Positions 29,690-39,122 of a stretch of 51,277 nt of DNA are shown piece after piece. The stretch lies in sequence record SRR31156797_589, one strand, 5' to 3'. How positions within the stretch are numbered: the stretch's first letter is position 1; the number at the start of each line of letters is the position of its first letter. The notes beneath the pieces were generated by a model that made no database searches, was not told the DNA's origin, and was given only the letters and a program-made list of their open reading frames with translations. A program made the translations under genes and the position numbers.

Positions 29690-30973
29690 TTATAGCTTAT
29701 ATAATCTCTTTGGATTCTTATACAGAATCGCCTCAGCTACCTTAATAACCTGCTCTTTATCAAAAACTCCATACTCTATAAGTTTTGTTAATGCTCTGGC
29801 TATATTGTCCTTTGCAATTTCCAGCTGACCATATATTCCATCAACAAACATATAGTCTCCTCCAAAACCAATTATCTTATTAAGAGGAACAGTATCCAGT
29901 GCATTTATAAGAGAGTTTATACATGAAGAAGGTGACTGAACATGATAGCCTGCAAAGTTAATATAAACATTAGGATACATTTTTGCTAATGCAATGGCAT
30001 ACTCTGAATATGGCCACATACCTTGTATTTCAAAAGTTACATCAGGATAATGCTCAAACAGTGTATTCAAATACATAGGATTTGCATTGTCTATTATATT
30101 ATCATTGTCTTCCTGAATACCAGTGGTAAACTGTATAACGATATCACGACCTCTTAAGGATGAAAGAACTCTATGCATCATGAAATTCTGTACACTTTTT
30201 GGGAATTCCACATGATCTCTTTGTCCTGCACCTAAGTCAATATATCTATTCAGCATTTTGTCAAATGATCTTTTGGCTTTCTCATATTTTACATCTTTAA
30301 AGTCAAGACTGCGAATACCAGAAAGTGATACCTTCACAACATTTACTCCCCGACCAATTGTATTGGTTAAGTCTTCGTCGAATGCACTAACCCAATCATC
30401 CAATGATGTAATAGGCGCAAAGTGACGCTCAACCCATTTGATAATTTCACCTGAAATCGGACCTGGCTTGATATATTTTTCCGGATGCCATACTTTTTTG
30501 AATATTCTCTTGTCTATCTCAATTGCTTCATTTGCTATACCTGCATCAAGAAGAGCATATTCAATATTGCATTTGTTTCTGAGTATATCAAAGATATAAT
30601 CCTTGTCCTTACATTTATCAAATTCACAAAGTATCTTTTCCAGAGATACTTCATCCAAAGTATCAACACCGTGTAAATCTCTTAGTGCTCTGTTTAAGGA
30701 ACGCATATGTCCAGTGTTAATACATGCTTTTAAATATGGCTTAATAAGCTTTATTCTGGTTAAAGCAGGCACTTTAGAATCGGATATACTGCTTATCAAA
30801 CTCTCCCCTACCACACCAGCTGATGATAAATCTCTCAGCAAATAATGCATTGTATATATGCATAGCGCATCTCTTTTCTCTAATTCGTAGTTTAAATCTG
30901 TATCAATTCTTTCTCTGGAGTCGATAATCTTTATATCGTCCAGCTTTTCTCTAATTTCATTATAAATACTCAT
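29690..30973 (-). CDS. Amidohydrolase-superfamily protein with degenerate metal site
   Basis: C-terminal LAK.YPNVY...VP.NKI..FGGDY...IL..NP..LY pattern of the Amidohydro_2/uronate-isomerase-like clade. Confidence 0.8.
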   Translation of the reverse strand: MSIYNEIREKLDDIKIIDSRERIDTDLNYELEKRDALCIYTMHYLLRDLSSAGVVGESLISSISDSKVPALTRIKLIKPYLKACINTGHMRSLNRALRDLHGVDTLDEVSLEKILCEFDKCKDKDYIFDILRNKCNIEYALLDAGIANEAIEIDKRIFKKVWHPEKYIKPGPISGEIIKWVERHFAPITSLDDWVSAFDEDLTNTIGRGVNVVKVSLSGIRSLDFKDVKYEKAKRSFDKMLNRYIDLGAGQRDHVEFPKSVQNFMMHRVLSSLRGRDIVIQFTTGIQEDNDNIIDNANPMYLNTLFEHYPDVTFEIQGMWPYSEYAIALAKMYPNVYINFAGYHVQSPSSCINSLINALDTVPLNKIIGFGGDYMFVDGIYGQLEIAKDNIARALTKLIEYGVFDKEQVIKVAEAILYKNPKRLYKL

Positions 30974-31200
30974 AATACCTATACCGCAATCCCATATTAC
31001 GGCTGCCTCCTTAAATATCTAACTTCTCATTGTAATGTAACTATAAATATATCGTATCTTTACAAATTATTCAAGTGGATAGTATTAATATGCTGTTAAA
31101 TCGATGCAATTGAAACTCGCTTATTAATAACATAATTAATAACAACAATAATCCACATAATTGGATTAACCTAAAATAATTACGAAAAAATAAGATTAAG

Positions 31201-31229
31201 TTGTTTACTATTATGTTCTGTGATAAAAT
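31201..31229 (+). promoter_or_regulatory. SigA-type promoter of glnS
   Basis: TTGTTT-17 nt-TAAAAT with TG extension. The leader is too short for a T-box. Confidence 0.55.
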
Positions 31230-31265
31230 TACATGATTATAGTGTGTTAAGAAAGGAACATGTTT

Positions 31266-32936
31266 ATGCCATACGAGGTAAAAAAAGCACAAATACAAGA
31301 TGCATCAAACTTTATAGAGAAGTTTATTAATGAAGATATTGAAAACGGAAAAGTTGAGCAGCATATTCATACCAGATTTCCGCCCGAACCAAATGGTTAT
31401 CTCCATATAGGACATCTAAAAGCAATATGCATTAATTTCTCAATAGCAGAAAAATATGCAGGTCTATGTAATCTGCGCTACGACGACACAAATCCAGTCA
31501 AAGAGGAAGTCGAATTTGCAATATCTCAGCAGGAAGACATCAAGTGGATGGGCTTTGATTGGAATGGCGGGCTTTATTATGGCTCTGACTATTTTGAGCA
31601 GACATATGATTTCGCTGTCCAGCTAATCAAAAAAGGTAAAGCATATATTGACGAGTTATCTCCTGATGAAATGAGAGAATATAGAGGCACATTGACTGAA
31701 CCTGGTAAAAACAGTCCTTATAGGGACAGGCCTGTTGAGGAAAACCTAGAGTTATTTGAGAAGATGAAAAATGGAGAGTTCAAAGATGGTGAACGTACTC
31801 TCCGTGCTAAAATAGATATGAAAAGCCCTAATATCAATATGAGAGACCCTGTAATTTACCGTATAAAACATGCAGAACACTGGCGTGTGGGTGACAAGTG
31901 GTGTATATACCCTATGTATGACTTTGCACATCCGATTCAGGATGCACTGGAGGGAGTAACACATTCTTTATGCTCACTTGAATACGAAGCTCACAGACCT
32001 CTGTATGACTGGGTAATAGATGAAATTTGTTTTGAACACAAACCTCGCCAGATTGAGTTTGCACGACTAAATATCACTGGTACTATTATGTCCAAGAGAT
32101 ATCTTCGCAGATTGGTAGAGGAAGGATATGTTTCAGGATGGGATGACCCTAGGATGCCAACAATCAGGGGACTTCGCAGACGCGGGTTTACTGCATATGC
32201 TATCAGAGATTTTATTGACAGAGCTGGCGTAGCAAAGGCTGATTCAACTGTTGATTACAGAATGCTGGAGCATTGCGTAAGGGAACATCTAAATGATATT
32301 GCACCTCGTATGATGGTAGTTACTGAGCCTTTAAAAGTTGTAATTACAAGCTATGAAGGCAGTGAAGTATTATCAGGTGCAAATCATCCAAAACACCCTG
32401 AGTTAGGCAATAGAGACTTAACATTCTCCAGAGAAATCTATATTGAACAAAGAGACTTCTGGGAAGATGCACCGAATAAATATCACAGACTAAAAAAAGA
32501 TGGTGAAGTTCGTTTGATAAATGCTTATATTATTAAGTTTGAGAAAGCAATACGTGATGAAGAAGGTAATTTGATAGAAATTCACTGTACACATGACCCT
32601 ACATCAAAATCCGGAGGAGAAACAGCAGGAAGGAAAGTAAAGGGCACAATCCATTGGGTGGATGCGAATAATTATACTCCTGTTACTATTAATAACTATG
32701 ACTCACTTATTGATGAAACCATAGAGAGTGATGATTTTATAGAAAAGCTGAATAAGAATTCTCTTACTGTACTTGATAATGCTGTAGGCGAAAAAGCTTT
32801 GCAGGATGCTAAACAAGATGATAAATTCCAATTCATGCGTCAAGGTTACTACACTATCGATTCAAATGATGAAAAGCCAGTGGTAAACCGAGTTGTAAGT
32901 CTAAAGGATTCATTCTCTAGAACTATTAAAAAATAA
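31266..32936 (+). CDS. glnS: Glutaminyl-tRNA synthetase
   Basis: TRFPPEPNGYLHIGH, MSKR, GWDDPRMPT, KVKGTIHWV and FQFMRQGY. Start is 31266 or 31260. Confidence 0.97.
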   Translation: MPYEVKKAQIQDASNFIEKFINEDIENGKVEQHIHTRFPPEPNGYLHIGHLKAICINFSIAEKYAGLCNLRYDDTNPVKEEVEFAISQQEDIKWMGFDWNGGLYYGSDYFEQTYDFAVQLIKKGKAYIDELSPDEMREYRGTLTEPGKNSPYRDRPVEENLELFEKMKNGEFKDGERTLRAKIDMKSPNINMRDPVIYRIKHAEHWRVGDKWCIYPMYDFAHPIQDALEGVTHSLCSLEYEAHRPLYDWVIDEICFEHKPRQIEFARLNITGTIMSKRYLRRLVEEGYVSGWDDPRMPTIRGLRRRGFTAYAIRDFIDRAGVAKADSTVDYRMLEHCVREHLNDIAPRMMVVTEPLKVVITSYEGSEVLSGANHPKHPELGNRDLTFSREIYIEQRDFWEDAPNKYHRLKKDGEVRLINAYIIKFEKAIRDEEGNLIEIHCTHDPTSKSGGETAGRKVKGTIHWVDANNYTPVTINNYDSLIDETIESDDFIEKLNKNSLTVLDNAVGEKALQDAKQDDKFQFMRQGYYTIDSNDEKPVVNRVVSLKDSFSRTIKK

Positions 32937-32952
32937 TTTATTGGTACATTAA

Positions 32953-33720
32953 ATGGGTGATATGAACAAAAATTCAAATTCAAATAATAAGAATGACAAA
33001 AAACATGAGTATCCTAATAAGTCTGTAGCAGTTAAGGATATTAATAGTTATTCAGTTATTTTGATTGGAGGCAGCAGTGATAATCTCAAATGTTCTGTTG
33101 ATAAATTCCTACAGACAGGCTGCCAGTGCAGATATTTCACCTATTCTTCTGACGCTGTAAAATATATGCTGGAAAGACCAGTTGACTTGGTAATTATAAG
33201 CTCAGGTTTCACTAATGCACTCAATAAAATTCGTAAGTTTTCCTCAGTTCCTGTATTAAGTATACTTAGCAATAATGCTTTGGATATTGGTGGAAGTGAT
33301 ATTATTCTCCACACTGATAGAGAAAATTATGGTACTGAAGCATGCGAGAAGATACTTTTTCTTATTCAGCAATTGAGAAATTTATTTAGTTTTAAAGGTT
33401 CAACCATATGCCAAAATGTATATATCAATCTGGATTCATTTGTTGCATATGTGAATGATGAGCCTATCAGCCTTAAGCCAATGGAGATAAGAATCCTGTT
33501 TTATTTAATAAAAAACAAGAACAGAGTAATCAGCAGAAAGGTCTTCGCAAAAGCATTGTGGGACTATGAAGCTATTGCAAATTCCAGAACTATTGATGTG
33601 CACCTGAAAGATTTGCGCTCCAAGTTGAAAAAATTAAATGCAAATTTCAAACTACTGTCACTAAGGAATGTTGGTATTCAATTGCTGGAAAATGACATTA
33701 GGGATAAAATTGATTTGTAA
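32953..33720 (+). CDS. Winged-helix (OmpR-type) regulator with degenerate receiver domain
   Basis: C-terminal L.PME..IL.YL..N..RV.SR...W.Y....SRTIDVH...LR.KL. Confidence 0.8.
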   Translation: MGDMNKNSNSNNKNDKKHEYPNKSVAVKDINSYSVILIGGSSDNLKCSVDKFLQTGCQCRYFTYSSDAVKYMLERPVDLVIISSGFTNALNKIRKFSSVPVLSILSNNALDIGGSDIILHTDRENYGTEACEKILFLIQQLRNLFSFKGSTICQNVYINLDSFVAYVNDEPISLKPMEIRILFYLIKNKNRVISRKVFAKALWDYEAIANSRTIDVHLKDLRSKLKKLNANFKLLSLRNVGIQLLENDIRDKIDL

Positions 33721-33802
33721 AAATATTAACAAATTAAAGTAATATTTATATGCCTTTCGAAATAATATTGTACAAAGATGATTTATTTTGGAAGGTATTT
33801 TT

Positions 33803-34219
33803 ATGTATAAACAGCAAAGTGAAACACAGGCAAAAAATGATTATAAATCTCTACTGATACGCTCAGTTACAGCTTCTATTGCAGGACTAATATTAAGTCT
33901 GATTATTTTAATAATATTATCTGTATATCTTTATTTTAATCCGATAAATGAAAAAATGATATCTATAATAGCAGGATTATGTAAATATTTCTGTATTATC
34001 GTAGTAGCTTTTATTTCTTGTATAAATAAAAGACACAGCGGATATCTGCGAGGTGCATTATCGGCATGTGTCTTTATTCTAATTTCTGCTATGCTGTATT
34101 ACAGTGTCTATATTGAGAGTTTTAGATTTATCAATATTCTCTATGATTTACTAATTGCAGGTTTTCTTGGACTAATAGCCGGAGCAATAGCAGTAAACCT
34201 GAATGGAAAATCTAGATAA
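33803..34219 (+). CDS. TIGR04086/YrzE-like four-TM membrane protein
   Basis: Four hydrophobic helices, GYLRG and C-terminal G.IAG.IAVN. Confidence 0.75.
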   Translation: MYKQQSETQAKNDYKSLLIRSVTASIAGLILSLIILIILSVYLYFNPINEKMISIIAGLCKYFCIIVVAFISCINKRHSGYLRGALSACVFILISAMLYYSVYIESFRFINILYDLLIAGFLGLIAGAIAVNLNGKSR

Positions 34220-34376
34220 TTTCAATATTCTTTGCATCTTTTAGGGATGTACATGTACAATTACCATTAAAATTCTTATAACAATCACTACACATTAAGC
34301 TGCCGCAATTGTCGCAGGTTTTTGCTGAACGACTCTCAATTTCCTGTTTACAGACTGAACATATTCTCTTTGACAT
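34212..34376 (-). CDS. Small 8-Cys zinc-finger protein, 54 aa (not in ORF track)
   Basis: GGTGA RBS, then MSKRICSVCKQEIESRSAKTCDNCGSLMCSDCYKNFNGNCTCTSLKDAKNIEII*. Upstream TTGAAT-18-TATAAT at 34434-34405. Confidence 0.75.
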   Translation of the reverse strand: MSKRICSVCKQEIESRSAKTCDNCGSLMCSDCYKNFNGNCTCTSLKDAKNIEII

Positions 34377-34439
34377 AATAATCACCATTCTTTCTATAGT
34401 AACTATTATATCCAGATAAAGATTATAAATTCAATTTGA

Positions 34440-35345
34440 TTATTGCTCTGTATAGATTGAATTATCACCTGTAACAACAATAGATTTCTCAGTTTGAAGA
34501 GTATTTTCATAATGCTTTAAAAGAGCTAGAACACCAGATATTTTGTTATCAATATTTGAAGTATCTCCGATTTTTGCAGTATTACTATCAAAAGTTTTTA
34601 AAATAATATTTGTTGTATTTGAAAGATTTATTGATTCAAACCTATCTACACACTCATATTTAACTATGGCTTCTGTTAGTGTATCCAAAGCATTAAGCTT
34701 CCTGATATCAGCATCTTCCATAACTTGTCCTTTATCCAGATCACCGATTTCAAGGCCAAGTACTAATGGGATATCTTCCTCTAAATAGGAGTCAACAACA
34801 TCAAGGCAGATATTCCCTTCTCCAATAACAGCACACTTTTGAGAGCCTTTTAGTACTAAATAACAGGTTGGTTCTCTTTCACTGACAGTTATAATTATTG
34901 TATTGGGCATTGCCTTTTCAACAGATTCAACCTGCAGCATTGGCTTCTCTGATTCAATTCTTTTTATAGTCTCCTCTTTGTTTACGCTAAGCATGCTCTG
35001 TCTGTATTCAATACCTGAATATTGGATTACTTCATAGTACTCAAATATATCATTGCCAACAATCTGGATATCTTCAACTACATATGTATCAAGTATCTTT
35101 ACTCCGCCGAGAATCAGTATGAGAACCAAAACAATTACTATTGCAGACATAATTGCATTATATACTAAGTCATTTGAACGAGGAAGAGCTCTAGGCTCGT
35201 CATCATATAATTGTTCTTCGACATCAGGTTTTGAATGTTTACCGATAATAATTTTGCTTTTTGCTTCATCAAAATCAACAATATTATCATTAGCATGTCG
35301 TGCTTCGGATAAACTTATTATATTGTTCTTTGAATGCTTTGCCAT
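34440..35345 (-). CDS. ftsQ: Cell division protein FtsQ/DivIB
   Basis: Single TM, POTRA domain (I.IVGN...PNTIIITVSEREP) and position after ftsW. Confidence 0.8.
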   Translation of the reverse strand: MAKHSKNNIISLSEARHANDNIVDFDEAKSKIIIGKHSKPDVEEQLYDDEPRALPRSNDLVYNAIMSAIVIVLVLILILGGVKILDTYVVEDIQIVGNDIFEYYEVIQYSGIEYRQSMLSVNKEETIKRIESEKPMLQVESVEKAMPNTIIITVSEREPTCYLVLKGSQKCAVIGEGNICLDVVDSYLEEDIPLVLGLEIGDLDKGQVMEDADIRKLNALDTLTEAIVKYECVDRFESINLSNTTNIILKTFDSNTAKIGDTSNIDNKISGVLALLKHYENTLQTEKSIVVTGDNSIYTEQ

Positions 35346-35486
35346 ATTCTCTCCCCTTTCATATAATTTTATTATTCAATCCTTGCAAGATTTTCATTTT
35401 AGAAATCAACTGTGTTTTACATAATCACCATTCTGTGCCTAATCATTTGATTATTAGGTAAACTATCATCACTGCGGAATTCATCC

Positions 35487-36617
35487 TTATGCATTCCGTG
35501 ACATAGTCTGTCTTGAAATATTCAACAAAATACCGATACTACTCATAAATATAATCAGAGACGTATTACCAGAACTAATAAACGGCAGCGGTACTCCAGT
35601 AGCAGGCATAGAACCAGTGATAACCGCTATATTCATTATTAATTGCAAGGCAATAGTAGCGGTTATACCGGCTGCTAATAATGAGCCAAACATATTCTTG
35701 CAATTAATAGCTGTCACAAATCCACGAATGATTAGAAACGCATATGCTGATAAGAGTACAAATATCCCAATAAACCCCAGCTCTTCACCTATTATGGATA
35801 GAATAAAGTCTGAATTACCATATGGAAGATATAAAAGTTTTTGCCTTGATTCTCCCAATCCAGCACCACGTATGCCCCCTGCACCCAATGCATACAGCGA
35901 TTGCTTTATTTGGTAACCTGCCTTACTTACGTCATTAAAAGATGCAAAGAATTCCTGTACTCTACTCTTTCTTTCCTCACTCAGGAATATAGCTAAGGCA
36001 CCGCCTACGCTTGTTATCAGACCAACCAGTAGTATTGGTCTGAAGTTAACTCCAGCTATCAGGAACAAACATATTACTGTTCCAACTGCCATAAGTGTCA
36101 TTGAAAGACTAAATTCGAGAATTATCAACAAGCACATCACAGTTAATATTATAAAGTATTCTTTAACACCAACAATGAAGTCAAGAATATTTTTTGATCG
36201 GCATAATTTTATATTTTCTGCTAGTACTGACGAGGTTAACACAAGTATTACAAATCTCGCAATTTCAGCTGGCTGGAAATTTATATTTGATGTTATATGT
36301 ATCCATCTTCTTGCACCATTAACAGGCTCTGTGAAGAGAACAATAACAAGGAAAACCAATGTAATTACAATCATAACAAATTGAAACAATCTATTTGAAT
36401 AATAGTTATAGTTCACATAGGAAAGGATAAACATAGCAGCTATTCCCATCATTACACCAAATGCTTGCTTTACAAAGAAATCCCGACCGTCATCTCCAGA
36501 ATATAGTGAATTATGATATGTGGATGAATAGACCATAACAACACCAAATAATGCTAATAGTATTACAACTATAGCAATCCAATAGTCTGGTTTAAAATTT
36601 CTTAGTCTGTTGTCCAT
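35487..36617 (-). CDS. ftsW: SEDS protein FtsW/SpoVE
   Basis: GARRWI, FQPAE, GYQI.QSL, DFILSIIGEELG and TGVPLPFIS.G motifs. Confidence 0.92.
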   Translation of the reverse strand: MDNRLRNFKPDYWIAIVVILLALFGVVMVYSSTYHNSLYSGDDGRDFFVKQAFGVMMGIAAMFILSYVNYNYYSNRLFQFVMIVITLVFLVIVLFTEPVNGARRWIHITSNINFQPAEIARFVILVLTSSVLAENIKLCRSKNILDFIVGVKEYFIILTVMCLLIILEFSLSMTLMAVGTVICLFLIAGVNFRPILLVGLITSVGGALAIFLSEERKSRVQEFFASFNDVSKAGYQIKQSLYALGAGGIRGAGLGESRQKLLYLPYGNSDFILSIIGEELGFIGIFVLLSAYAFLIIRGFVTAINCKNMFGSLLAAGITATIALQLIMNIAVITGSMPATGVPLPFISSGNTSLIIFMSSIGILLNISRQTMSRNA

Positions 36618-36683
36618 AATCAACCTCTTGCATCTAATCCTTAATTTATATGTAATAAATAGCTGTAGTATTCTTTATATGTT

Positions 36684-37640
36684 CTAAAAAGCCAAAAGTC
36701 CTATCATACAAGCTGTCAAGGTGATAATAGTGTACATTATCACAATGGTAGTCTCGTGGTAACCTTTAACCTCGTAGTGATGATGCAGCGGAGCCATTTT
36801 GAACACACGCTTACCTGTACTTTTATATGATATCACTTGGATTACAACAGACAATGCACTCATTACAAACATAATTCCCATAATTGGCAACCAAAGAATA
36901 GTTCTTGAAACTACACACATATATGCAACCATGCCGCCTAGGGCCAGAGATCCTGTATCTCCCATGAATATTCTGGCAGGGTATCTATTGAAGAATAAAA
37001 AGCCTAGACATCCCCCTGCTAATGCCGCAGACATTATTACCAGATTATCCCCTGAAGGAACTAGTCCACTAGCGAATATCAGTGTAAATGTTGCAAAGTA
37101 TACCAGCGAAACTCCGGATGCTAGTCCATCCAATCCATCTGTTAAGTTTACAGCATTTGTAGCAGCAACCATTACGAACATTACAATGGGTATAATCCAA
37201 ACTCCTATATCCCATGTTTTATCAATAAACGGTACCATTATTTTGGTACCTATATGCTGATAAGCATATAGAGCTACTACAGCTGAAATAATTACCTGAC
37301 AGATAATCTTATATCTTGCTTTTAGCCCAGCTGTGTTCTTTCTTGTGATTTTTAGCAAATCATCCATTAATCCAACAATGGCATAAGCTATAAATGTAAA
37401 AAATGCCATAAACACATGCGGATCATAAACTCTAATCATTATTAAGCAGGTAAGTCCTACTGAAATTACCATTATAATCCCACCCATTGTAGGTGTATTT
37501 TTCTTTGAAAGATGACTTTCTGGTCCGTCTTCTCTAATAACCTGACCAAATTTCATCTTCTGCATCAACGGTATAATGATAGGTCCCGATGCTACAGCTA
37601 TTACAAAAGCAATAATTGTTGGTGCTATCAGTATCTGCAT
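36684..37640 (-). CDS. mraY: Phospho-N-acetylmuramoyl-pentapeptide transferase
   Basis: TPTMGG, DD, NAVNLTDGLDGLA, FMGDTGS and MAPLHHH motifs. Confidence 0.97.
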   Translation of the reverse strand: MQILIAPTIIAFVIAVASGPIIIPLMQKMKFGQVIREDGPESHLSKKNTPTMGGIIMVISVGLTCLIMIRVYDPHVFMAFFTFIAYAIVGLMDDLLKITRKNTAGLKARYKIICQVIISAVVALYAYQHIGTKIMVPFIDKTWDIGVWIIPIVMFVMVAATNAVNLTDGLDGLASGVSLVYFATFTLIFASGLVPSGDNLVIMSAALAGGCLGFLFFNRYPARIFMGDTGSLALGGMVAYMCVVSRTILWLPIMGIMFVMSALSVVIQVISYKSTGKRVFKMAPLHHHYEVKGYHETTIVIMYTIITLTACMIGLLAF

Positions 37641-37643
37641 TTG

Positions 37644-39095
37644 CTATCCCTCTTTATCCATATATTCTCTTACTATTTCTCTATCGTCAAAGTGATGCTT
37701 AACCCCCATTACATCCTGATATGTTTCATGACCCTTGCCGACAATTGCAATAATGTCGCCTGCATTCGCCAAATCGATTGCCTTATGTATTGCATTTTTA
37801 CGGTTTTCAATAACAATATATTTATCTGTAATAGGTTTAATTCCTTTTTCTATCTGCTCAATTATTTTATCAGGGTCTTCTGTTCTTGGATTATCTGATG
37901 TAACAATTGAAAAATCAGCATATCTTCCAGCTATTTCACCCATTATACTTCTCTTTTCCTGATCCCTGTTGCCGCCGCATCCAAATACACATATTACTCT
38001 GTTCTGTGTGAATTCTCTTACATTTTCCAATACTCTCTGCATACTGTCAGGTGTATGAGCATAGTCTACAATTGCCCTGAAATCAGCATTTATATTGACA
38101 ACTTCCATTCGGCCTTCTATGTTCTTAATGTTATTTATACCTTTTTTAAGTTCATCATCACTTAATCCTGCTGCTTTTGCCAAAAGAATAGCTGTCATAG
38201 AATTATAGATATTAAAAGGCATTCCACGAACGTCAAGATTTACATCAAGGTATTTTCCTTCATTGTTAAATAGCGAATAGCTTAATTTATCCAAAGTTTT
38301 ATCTATATTACTTGCATAATAATCACTTGCATTTGAGAGGGAAATGGTTGTAAGTTCTCCGCTGTAGTTTGCAATCATATCGTTACTTGCTTCATCATCA
38401 ATATTTATAACTGCATGCTTACACTTATCGCCGAACATTTTCGATTTCGCTTTCTTATAATTCTCCATATTTCCAAAATCGTCCAGATGATCCTGAGATA
38501 GATTTGTAAATGCACAGGCTTCAAAATCAATACCAGCTACCTTAAGTAATGATAACGCATGAGCAGAAACTTCCATTATTACTGCTTTACATCCTTTATC
38601 CAAAGCTTTTTTAAATATTCTGTGCAAATCCATTGGGTCTGGAGTTGTAAGGCTCTGATCGTATACTACACCATCTATATATGTTCCTATAGTTCCCAGT
38701 GTTGCTACAGGTATTTTATTTGCTTCAAAGATAGAACGAAGCATATGAGATGTGCTTGTCTTTCCGTTTGTTCCTGTAATGCCAATAACTTTCAGATTAC
38801 GTGATGGTTCGCCATACCATATAGAACAAGCAAAAGACAAAGCTTCTCTTGATTTTTCAACTAGGAGCTGTGGGACACTAATGCTTTCAATTACTCTTTC
38901 GCATATTATAGCGGATGCACCGTTTGCTACTGCAGACTCTGCAAATTCATGTCCGTCAATGTTGAAACCATCAATACATACAAATAAACTGCCTGCTGCT
39001 ACTTTCCTAGAATCAATAACAATATCTTTAATGTCTTGGTCAATAAAATTAATTTTTTCACAATTAATTTTTCCTGCGATTTGGCTTAGCTTCAT
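37644..39095 (-). CDS. murE: UDP-MurNAc-tripeptide synthetase (meso-DAP type)
   Basis: TGTNGKTS, MEVSAH, DHLD, DYAHTPD and the DAP-specific DNPR motif. Confidence 0.97.
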   Translation of the reverse strand: MKLSQIAGKINCEKINFIDQDIKDIVIDSRKVAAGSLFVCIDGFNIDGHEFAESAVANGASAIICERVIESISVPQLLVEKSREALSFACSIWYGEPSRNLKVIGITGTNGKTSTSHMLRSIFEANKIPVATLGTIGTYIDGVVYDQSLTTPDPMDLHRIFKKALDKGCKAVIMEVSAHALSLLKVAGIDFEACAFTNLSQDHLDDFGNMENYKKAKSKMFGDKCKHAVINIDDEASNDMIANYSGELTTISLSNASDYYASNIDKTLDKLSYSLFNNEGKYLDVNLDVRGMPFNIYNSMTAILLAKAAGLSDDELKKGINNIKNIEGRMEVVNINADFRAIVDYAHTPDSMQRVLENVREFTQNRVICVFGCGGNRDQEKRSIMGEIAGRYADFSIVTSDNPRTEDPDKIIEQIEKGIKPITDKYIVIENRKNAIHKAIDLANAGDIIAIVGKGHETYQDVMGVKHHFDDREIVREYMDKEG

Positions 39096-39122
39096 TATTA
39101 CACCATTACCTAGCTGCTAATA

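Noticed and set aside
31260..32936. GlnRS in a Firmicute as an anomaly
   Set aside because: glnS is common in Clostridia.
34212..34376. Cys-rich peptide as a SCIFF/ranthipeptide precursor
   Set aside because: CxxC spacing, no leader, no CxxxCxxxC pattern and no adjacent SPASM maturase.
34378..35434. 14-bp direct repeat ATAATCACCATTCT flanking ftsQ (34378-34391 and 35421-35434)
   Set aside because: One copy is an RBS region, there is no recombinase or IS nearby, and the enclosed gene is core. Probably chance.
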